The notes beneath the pieces were generated by a model. The model searched no databases, had not been told where the DNA came from, and saw nothing but the letters and a program-made list of their open reading frames with translations. DNA of 59,947 nucleotides, filler included, from Sphacelaria rigidula (lineage: Eukaryota): the NCBI GenBank assembly GCA_964200075.2. It is 10 parts of 10 records of this genome, joined end to end, with 100 filler letters (N's around TTAATTAATTAA, not from the genome) between each part and the next. Parts side by side here need not be neighbours in the genome. Positions count along the whole stretch, not along the records: positions 48,040 to 53,943 come from CAXNAA020023606.1; positions 54,044 to 59,947 come from CAXNAA020023607.1; 8 more parts are not named here. One strand, 5' to 3'. A program made the position numbers and the translations under genes. Numbering within the stretch: the stretch's first letter is position 1; every line of letters begins with the position of its first letter. Below, one piece after another: positions 50,496 to 59,947 of this stretch.

Positions 50496-52406
50496 CTGCT
50501 CAATTTCCGTAATTTTACACAAGACATGCAAGAAATGAGATACAAGGTAGAAGAGCACACGAGTACAAGAGTACACGAGTACAAAATACGCGATCGTATA
50601 CAAACACATAAACGAATATGAAAAACGAACGACACAAGGCTCTGAAACGAATGATGAGGGACCTCGGGAAACGCTCGGAGCGTGTCATCAGCGCAGAAAA
50701 AAAAAAACGTTTTTGAAAGAAAGATGGTACCATTGGACATGTCTGCTCGAAAATAGTTCCCACGGGGAAATAAGTTGAGTACCATGACAACAATCATGTA
50801 CTGATTTAAGAATAAATGGTATGGAAATTCGACCAAAACTCAGCGCGACAAGCACAAGGATAATTTGCACAGTTGCAACTCCAAGGTGTTTCCGTGTTGG
50901 AGATGTGTGGATGTTCAAGTGCGCGGGACTACAGTACCCCTGTACGCAGCAGATTTCAATCCCGCCGCCCAAATTCTATCGTTGAAACATGATCAATGAC
51001 AGAGCACACCACTACATTCGGGACGAGAACGTTTGGGGGTTGACAGTCGCAGCAGCTCGCCCGCGTATCCCGCACGTGTTTCTGCAGCTCTGCGAACGCG
51101 ACCCTTTCACACCGCGGACGATACATTATATCGTCAAAAAACGTGTACTGCGTACAGCGTGAAGTCCATTACTTTAGTCTACACGGTACGCAGTACACGT
51201 TTTGACAATGTAGTCTTTGCTTCGCGGTGTAAACCCTTCGCCTGAGAGCCCTTTGCACCCCATTCAGTCGAGGGTTTCGGGTCCGTGTACCTCGCTTGAG
51301 GTAGGGTTTGGATTAGGGTTAGCCTCAACCGTTTTATCGTCCGCGGCCTGCTGCGGCTACTGACAATCCCGTCCGGTAGAGGATGACGATTTTGTAGGCG
51401 AGGGAGCCTGTAGCAGGATTCTTGAGCGCTGAAACAAATGCAGGTTCTTTCTCTATTTTCATTTTTATTTTTGCCCATAGGATCGCAGTAGCGCAACATA
51501 GTTGAGCGGTCAAGATGGAGTTTTGTTGCAGGGTATTGTAGTCTGTGTTTGTGCAGCGCTTGTGTAGCAGACAGGCTGACCGCGCCCTGTACACCTTCAT
51601 TTCCCGCTTGTGTTGCCATCGACGCTTACAGCAGGGTAGACAGATGCAACGCGATTGCAGAGTAGCTACAGGTGAGTGTGCAAGCATGCCCAGGAAAGTG
51701 CACGAGCTATGTGAGTGGCAACGGTCCTAGCGGACGTGTACCCTCTCGTTCACATGAAGGCGTTGTCTCTTCCGCAATATATTTTTTTTCTGTTGCAAAT
51801 ATCGACCACATTCCGTCCTGGTTGTGCAAAATGCACAAAATATGCATATTTATAATTACAGCACTATCAGCATTTGGACGTAAATGAGGTAGTCCTTACC
51901 GATTGGGCGTACACAATAGTTGGTACTTGATTTCATTTCATTTCAGAGTGAACACCGATATACGGGTCTTCAGAGGAACTGACAGGAACTGACAATCTTG
52001 AGTGCTCCTAGCTCGTCCAGAACGTCTTTCCGTCCAAAATCGGCTCCAGGGTTGAGGTCTAGCAACGCACACCTTGCCTGCAGAACACTTCGCCCCGCCC
52101 TCGCTCGAGGGTTTTCGGTATGCCTTCGCCGGGGTTAGGGTTAGGGTCAGCGTAAGGGTTTGCGGCACCTCTCAATTACAACCATTGTGTACGACAAATG
52201 GGTAAGGTCTCCTCCGTAAATGTGGCTGTAACAATCACCCGCTCACCCCATCATACCGATTGAAGGGCTAGAAACTACGGCACAGCAGCCATCACCTGTG
52301 GTCAGGCATACACGGCCGAAAATAGCTCACGTGCCCCAACCGTGCCATCCATGTGACGGGCCGGGCTAAGATGGAGCTACCGCATGCCACGACTACGGAA
52401 AATCAC

Positions 52407-52496
52407 CTTTGCGTAGGTCAGAAGAGCGTCCAGCTTGCGTGCACCGTTGTACTTGTACACTTGTCCGTGAGAGAACATGAGCAGCGTCGGGAATCT
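52407..52496 (-). CDS. Membrane-anchored thioredoxin-fold protein (TMX/PDI-like), penultimate exon
   Basis: cag|RFPTLLMFSHGQVYKYNGARKLDALLTYAK|gt; FPTL...Y.G.R is the C-terminal part of a thioredoxin fold. Confidence 0.85.
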
Positions 52497-54254
52497 CTGC
52501 ACGACCCGCATCACACCCCGGATGGAAAAACAGGGCAAACAAAAGAAAGACAAAGACAAAAAAGACAGACGTTACACGTATTAAGCATGTCAGCATGCGT
52601 GCGCAGACGTTCAAACTGCGCAAAAGCGGGGTAAAACACTACTTCTGTGTAAAAAGTGTGCGCAAACCATCATGAATCACATAGTTGGAGCTCAAATATG
52701 TACATATGCTTACTTCCCTCTTTTTGCGGAAATAACAATGATAATATAATGATGATAATAATGATATACGTTGCACCCGGACGTGTCCCTTGCCTCCACT
52801 CTGCCGTCGACACGCAGGGAGATGTCATACACACAGAGGCCTGCGATCCCGCAATGCGGGGCGTTTCACCTTGTCGCACATTGACCAACCTCCCCCTTCC
52901 CGACAGTAGCTCGAATACAATACTGCCGTAGTCATGCTACTTGTGATCGGCATCGCTGGTGCACATGCATCAACACAAGGCGCAGCCTCGATTTTGGAGG
53001 CAACTATCAATACCTGCGGCTTCAGAACCCAATCCCCACATACCGAAGGTGACAGTGCACACCACCCCCGAGTTACGACTTTTTCGAACCCGAAAACACA
53101 AAGGCCGAGCGTAATCTCGAGGGGGGGGGGGGTGATTTACTACTACTCCAATACCGCGCTGTAACCGCCGCGCCCCGGTGGTTTAAATTTAAATGGTACA
53201 AGTGAAACCATCAGGGCGGGCAAAACGCGGGTTCGATTCCCCCCCAGATGCATCTTATGATAGTTTGCCTTTTTTTTCCTCACAAATACAGCATCTGATT
53301 TTCGGTGGTTGAAAACGTGAGCACGTACGTGACTAGCAAGTAGATTATGCGTGGTAAGAGTATGGTAAACGACGGTCGACGCCGGGCGGGAGTGTTTGGT
53401 TGTCATGATCCAATCCGCGAGACCAAAGTGCAAGGCGTATACCGGGGAGAGATGGGTTAATCCCTTGAGACAGGCCGTTAGACCGACCATGGACTCGTCC
53501 CGAGAAAGGAGAGGAGTTGTAAGTGAGGGTCTTTTCTTGGTCGATTTTCGCCGATGTGCACTTCTCGTCACTTGGTCTACGCACACCAATGGCTCTGCAG
53601 CAAATAAAAAAAAACAAAGAATGCTTCGCGCTCAAACCGTCAATCAACACAGCTAGATCGTGTTACGTTTGGTGCCGCTGCCGTTTATCAAAAGATATGC
53701 TCACCATTCAAAGCGCACTTTTCTTGTTAGTATTACAGAACAGCTTTTTTCCTTTCGTACTTTCGATCCCCCACCCACCCCCTCTCCCTCGGCTTTGTAG
53801 GAATGCGAAGTCGATAGTCTGAGGACTACGGAATGCAATATCGTGAGAACACCCCCCCCCCCCCCCCCCCCCCCCCGCGAGCAACGCAGGGCCCACCCCC
53901 ACAAACAAATTCCCCTATCCAGACCACTCCTGGGCGAGAAAAGNNNNNNNNNNNNNNNNNNNNNNNNNNNNNNNNNNNNNNNNNNNNTTAATTAATTAAN
54001 NNNNNNNNNNNNNNNNNNNNNNNNNNNNNNNNNNNNNNNNNNNCTGTTCTTCGGCTCCATGCACGAGTACGCAGTACCACACTCATGCAAAAAATGACCG
54101 TCTGTGTACAGAACCGTTTCACAAATCTGTGATACTGTACCGCCTGTACCATAAAATGGTCCCCCCGATTTTGAGTTCACGAATTTGAGCCCCTCCGATT
54201 TAGAAAAAATCGGGGTCCCAAAAACTCGATATTCGTTTGCCATAGAAGTGGGTG

Positions 54255-54360
54255 TGACTGACTTGCCCAATCACGGCGAGGCAAAATATATCGACCACAT
54301 CCAAACGACCAGTGGGGGGGGAGGGGCTGTCGCCGGGAGTGATGTCACTGCCAAGTTGGT
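54255..54360. repeat. Dispersed repeat, inverted homolog of ~21639-21725
   Basis: tgcccaatcacggcgaggc.aaat.tatcgacca...acgaccag...gagtgatgtcactgc is shared. Confidence 0.7.
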
Positions 54361-55898
54361 GTGTGTACCCTGTCCCTGGCCCACAAGAAAGCCTTCGAAA
54401 CAAAAGAAAGCCGCGATGGTCGGGGCTCGCTTTCCCGAATTTTTTACATCATTTACTTGCATTTTATATAGGTCCAACTCCCACTTCCATTTTTTTAGGA
54501 CACCATCCTATAGTAAAACGTAGTTATTACACCAACACAGGGTGCTCGGGGAAAATTCGCGACTACATGTACCCTACTACATATGTGGTCATCGTCACGA
54601 GGCGACTGAGTTTAGCAACGCCATGGAACGAAAGATGGGGCTAGAGGCATGAGCCCTGCGTATCCCTCTAGTAAGGCGGTACAGCATGCAGTGAGGTCGT
54701 ATGTAATCGACGGGAACGAATAAGCTGTGTATAGGTAGCTGATCTCCGTCGCGCAGAACTGCTCAGAACGTGTAAGGGAGTATGCAGCGGCAGCTGCTGC
54801 GGCAGTCGGAGAGGCGTCCTGTACTGTATGTGCAGCGCAACGCCCACGCCCTTCGAAGAGAATTTGCCGCTTGCAACGAAGGGGAATCGCGGCCCACCCC
54901 GACCACAAAGGGCTGCGTGGCGAGGTGATGGGGACAATGATATCATCAAAAGCCACAAGTGAAGGGCGGCGGTCGCCACACCCTGTCGAAAGCTCTCCAC
55001 CGCGACTTATACTGCTTGATACATCTGTACATCACCTGATGCGCACAACACCCGAATTACAGTTTGTACCTGCACCTGAAAATAGAGTGGATAAAACTTT
55101 CGGTCTTCCTAATAACCTCGTGGTTACATGCGTGGATTTTCAGCAACATGAAGCCACTATTTTGTGCAGACGCCAGACACGTCATTCCTAACCAGCCTCA
55201 TTGGTCGTTCTGGAGACCCGGTCTCAAAAGCGTTAATAAGAGCAGTGTTCATTTCTCCTCAAAACTCCCCTAAAAATACGAAAAAAATGAAAGAAAAAAA
55301 AATGGGCTTTTTTAATCGCATTATGCACTAGGGGTTCTCCATTCGTAATTTCATAGCACAACTGTCGAAAACTGAGAAGCGATATGCAGATTTAGGGTAT
55401 CCAGTGCCTCTGCTCGTTATATATCATTTCTAGTATGGAATCTCATGTGCGCCATATCTCGAGATAGATGACGAATTAGGTAAAGGTGAGGGTACTCATC
55501 GTTTCCCCGTGCTCCAGGGAGAGTCATCACCAAAAAACGTTGTCTTCCGCTGAATGTATCGTTCGGCGTTTCATATAGATTTTATATTGGATGCTATCTC
55601 CGTACGGTATGAAGTACTAGACATTGGGTTTAATCAACGAGGAAATATTGTCCCAGACTTTCGAGCAGATGTGCACCTTCCCCTTGATTAGACGATTAAT
55701 ACGATATATATGCGGATCACGGCCCAACCCGTCTGTATCAATGCGATATTGCGTTGAGAGCTTAAATCCGTTTGTAGGCTGGCCCAGCTCGTATATATAC
55801 TATATGTGTATGCAAATAAAACAAAAATCGTGTCGTATCAAACGGTCTTTGCGTTATATTTTTATTTCTGGCGGCCACTCCTAAATACATCCACGCAC

Positions 55899-56018
55899 CT
55901 CCTGTTTTGCAAGGACGCTGCTGGGGTGAATGTAGACCGTGTGCTGGTTCTTGATGGTCTTATAGTCCCCCGACTTGGACATCTTCGACGTATTGTAGAA
56001 AAAACCCGACGTTATCGC
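55899..56018 (-). CDS. DHX16: DHX16/Prp2 next exon (OB-fold region)
   Basis: cag|AITSGFFYNTSKMSKSGDYKTIKNQHTVYIHPSSVLAKQE|gt; 120 nt, in phase with the previous exon. Not in the ORF track. Confidence 0.9.
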
Positions 56019-56699
56019 CTGGGATTTCGTAAGGCGTCACGAAAACAAAACCAAAAACAACATCAGGGAAATGAAGAATCGTAAAGTATTAATACATGTG
56101 GCCTGCGGATGCCAATTGATTCACCTATTGATTCATTAATCCATTGTCGTACATCACCGTCACAAGATGAACACACCCGAGCAAAGAGGGGGGAAAAGGA
56201 GAAGACAGAGCACATGAGAGGAGCGAAAACCAAAAAAAAAGGCAAAACATGAGATCTAAGACCAGCAACACCAATATATAGTGACGACAAAATTGCAGAC
56301 GGGCCAATCCAAACGACCCCTCAGGTAAGGACGCCCCACGCGAAGCAGGGCTGTACAAAGCATGTTGCGATGCTGACCGCCCTACTGGGGCAGAAGCTTT
56401 CATCCACCAGCTGGCTGTACACGAGTGAGACACAGACACCAACGTGGCTCAGAGACAGAAAGAAGAACGGAGGGGAGAAGAGTGACTGAAAACAAAAAAA
56501 AGAGGAGAAAACAAAAAACTAACGACGGGAATAAATAGGAGGGACCCCGAAGCGAAACATAACATGAGCAAGAAACGCGTCGAGGGGAAGGGAACACTGC
56601 CAAAGCTGCAAAGCAAGGAAAAACGATAGGATACAAGACAGGGATGCGTGCTACCCCCGCCCCCACCCTTCCACCCATCCCTAGTTTGGTGCAGAGCAA

Positions 56700-58562
56700 G
56701 CTACTCTCCCGATAACCCCAATCTTGAAGTCCCCGCGAGCTGTTGCTGCTGTTGGAATGCCAGCCGTCGCGGCTCTCCTACCAGCGACTCTCCGCGCAAC
56801 AGCCCCGCTTCTGACGTGGGTCGGATCAGCCTAGGTCTCCGTATCGCATTGCCTCCTCGCACTCCTCCGACCCTCTCCTGAATCCCGAACACCATTCTCC
56901 CATATTCTTCGCGGCAGTGACCCAACCTTGCGAATCTCCGACCTCAGCATCGTACTTAAACTGCTTCCTTGGTCATTATTTGCACGCTGGTCATCTTGGA
57001 GGCGGTTGGTTCCCCCAGTGTTTGGGAGGTCAGGCTACCCTCCTTCAGCGCTTGCGCGGCCAACAATCTGAAAAACGATGCAATTTTGGGAGGCGTGTTC
57101 TCATCCCACCAAGAAGGAGCCCCCTGCGAAACAAGCTTGGCGGTCGCGCACGGTAGAGTAGATACATCCTCCGTTGATCACCTTAAGGAAGACTCTGTAC
57201 GAAGCAGTCTTGTATCCACCGCGACCCTTCCTGCGGAATCCTGCGGAAGCCGACCGCTAGAAGTAAGAGCTTGTGAAGGGCAGCGCGCGGGCTTTCAAAG
57301 TCCGCTGAGCACAGCGTACACGTAGCGCACCCGTACAACATTGGTCTCACCACCTCCGCCTTGGCAGGAAATGATTCCGGGGATAGCTGGGCATTGGATC
57401 GATCGTAGAGTTTGGATCTATACTTTCTGAAGCATGCCCACGCAGCACCAATGCGGTCCATTATTTCAATGGAAATGTTCGCGTCTTCGCTGACAGCACG
57501 ATTAGCGTAGACAAACTCGGCCACCCGCTCGTACCTTCTGCCTGCCGCCTTAACGTGCCGTGCGGTTTCGGGGGAGCTAGGTACTGACCACAGGCTCGCG
57601 GAATCCATCTCGTTCTCGGATACCGTTGGTCCGAAAATCTCGCAGACTGCCACCATTACAGCCCTCATCAGAGGAAGTTAACCTGGTGACGCCGGGATTG
57701 CCCTCAGTAACCACGTAATCCGCGTACAGCGCGCCCCATATCACTTCCCGTGCACTCTCCAGCGGAGGTTTCTCTCTGAGGTTACCATTCGCATTCTTCG
57801 GTGCACTGTCTAGATACACCAAGTCTGAGATGATGGCCGGGTCTACCGTGGAGTGCTGTGCGATCAATTTCACCAGTGCTACACCGAAGGTGTCGAAGAG
57901 CAGTGGGGACGAAACGCATCCGTACATTGATCCCTGGCAGACATGAAACCATTGTAATAATTCACCATTCTCCAGCTGTACCCGAATCCGCATGCCATTG
58001 TGGAACATTCGGGATGACGTTCATGTCCTCGGCGATACTCCGATACAGGCAAGTGCTTTCCACTAGAGCGAGCGGTCTACCGAGTCGTATGCCTTCTGTA
58101 GGTTGATGAAGCGCATACATGTACGTTCAGTGGGACATCGCTCGTCCGTTCTAACTCCTGTGATCGACGCACTACGAACATGATATCGGTGGTCGATCAT
58201 CGGTTCCGGAATCCGCACCGTTCTTCCGGGACGATCTCCGTCTCCTAGCAGAAACTATCGAGAGTCTTGGCTACGACTTCGAGGAGAGCTTAACCGGTAT
58301 GCGACACGAGATACATGCACCTGTGGTGAGCACCCCTAATCCTACCCTTCTTCATCTATCGCCCTCTAATAGTGACGTTCTTCCACGCCTGCGGCATCCC
58401 AAAAGCTAATGTCCAAACGGTAGCGGTGGTGCTGTGGAAGTGGTATAGGATTGGGTTCTGCGAAGGCTCCCCTACCGATCCAAGCTCGAGGAGTTCAGCA
58501 TGTATCCCATCCGGTCCCACTGCCTCTTCATTAGCCGTAGACCAGCGCCTCTCATGTTTCAT
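56700..58562 (-). mobile_element. 5'-truncated, decayed RTE-clade LINE (RT pseudogene) in DHX16 intron
   Basis: Fragments AVGPDGIHAELL, PQAWKNVTI, STTDIMFVVRR, FINLQKAYDSVDR, FHNGMRIRVQL..QG..GCVSSPLLF, LYAD, RIGAAWACF, separated by frameshifts/stops. Confidence 0.9.
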
Positions 58563-59254
58563 CTAATATTGGCAGGCCCTCGAGCGACATAGCTCTTCGG
58601 CAGTGGTGTGATGACTCTCGATGATGGATGATGAGTCAGCCGCCGGTGTTGTATCCAGGAAAACTTGAAAGTCATCGTTTCTGTCCCTCACAGATGTACA
58701 TTGCATACATACGACTGGAACTACTCTCCCAGGGCGCTCTGTCGCCAATGGATTATGACGATAACGACAACTATGATGACCACAACGCTGATGAAACGCG
58801 CAGCACAACATTTCGAAGAAAAGAACGCCTGAGCCCGACTCGACACAACACATGCTTAAAAAACGAAAGGGCACAAAACGTATCATCGTCTTCTCTGTCC
58901 ATTCCTGCAAAGCAAGGACGCAGCAAAACAATTGTCTATGTTTCATTTTCAACAGCCACTTTCGTAGTTGCCCACACGCACATCGTGGGGTCCGCAGCCC
59001 CGGTCACGATAGGAGATTAAATCAAGGGGGCGCATCCACCGTAATCGCACACGCACCAGCAGAAACGTCAAAAGCGAAACCGACCCGGCAGTACAGCTAT
59101 GCACCCCTGCATCCGCTCATGTAGTGGATAATAAGCTACCGACCAGACGCCCATCTCCCACCAGTTTAAACGGTCAGTCCACTCATGCAGATAAGACTTC
59201 TGAACGCTTCATTTATTTCCCCCCTAGTTTCATGCTTCACGTTCACTTATTCAC

Positions 59255-59389
59255 CTTGGCAATGTTGTCGATGTCCGTGGCATTGCTCGTGATCTCCACC
59301 TCTACGCGCTCACAGAGTCCTTCCAATTGGTCTCGAATATCCCTAGCCTTGTTCAAACTTCGTACCTGGACATAGTTCTCGTAGCACCA
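59255..59389 (-). CDS. DHX16: DEAH-box splicing helicase DHX16/Prp2, internal exon
   Basis: cag|WCYENYVQVRSLNKARDIRDQLEGLCERVEVEITSNATDIDNIAK|gt; 135 nt; CTAAT branch-point-like motif upstream. Confidence 0.9.
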
Positions 59390-59947
59390 CTGCGTGTCAG
59401 TTGACCACGGCATTAGTGAGCAGGGCGGGAGGGGGGGGAAGAGAAGAGAGTGAGTGAAGAGCTTTCCACTTTCTAATTTTGTCATCGTAGCTACGCCGAA
59501 ACTTTTGACCGATATCAGTGTTTTTACTACCTTCATTCAGTAGGGGAGGTAATTTCCCTCACAAGACGGGAACCTTCACTACCCAAATGTCTTTATCCGG
59601 ATACAGCCCTCGTGAACCAACCACATCTAGGACTTTTCAGCAGCAGAGAGGAGGTTTCGGTAGGGAGGGAAGGTGGAAGAAAGACAGGTGGGAGATACAA
59701 ATCGAGTGCGGTCCTCGTAAGACCGATCGCTTGAACATATTTCTCGTATTAGTAGGTCGTTTTCCCAAGGGATGCCCGCGGCGGGAAAGGTACAGTAATG
59801 ACAAAAACAAAAAAGTGACATTTCGATCAATCGAGATGATATATTCAGCGTGAGAGGAAATAACGCACGAGGGGGGGGCGGGGAAGAACACTCAGGATAA
59901 AGAATACCATAAGCATAAGACCATAAACCGAGCATCACTACAAAACA

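Noticed and set aside
42036..59947. Functional cluster of ubiquilin, p47, thioredoxin and DHX16
   Set aside because: Only p47-like and ubiquilin share a contig; the others are on unrelated contigs.

Overview
This window is eukaryotic, intron-rich and repeat-dense DNA, most likely from a brown alga (Phaeophyceae). That assignment is an inference from gene architecture, TTAGGG motifs and repeat types. It is not one locus. It is ten unrelated contigs of 5905/5904 bp joined by an artificial 100-bp spacer (44 N + TTAATTAATTAA + 44 N), so nothing can be linked across spacers. Most listed ORFs are spurious; real genes appear only as spliced exons. Partial genes were reconstructed by hand: ubiquilin/Dsk2 (4 exons, +), a head-to-head p47/Shp1-like first exon (-), a SWEET sugar transporter (3 exons, -), DHX16/Prp2 helicase (2 exons, -), a membrane-anchored thioredoxin (2 exons, -) and a probable EngB/YihA GTPase last exon (-). 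Mobile DNA includes an internally deleted Gypsy-type LTR element with a 4-bp TSD and TG...TA ends, a DIRS-type RT remnant and an RTE LINE remnant. It also includes intron-containing Sola-like/DUF7869-type transposase remnants, two tRNA-derived SINE families, a retroelement tail tied to G/C homopolymers, and many MITE/foldback palindromes. No complete novel system is demonstrable. The best leads are the divergent p47-ubiquilin pair, the spliced transposase, the poly(G/C)-associated retroelement and a nested palindrome.
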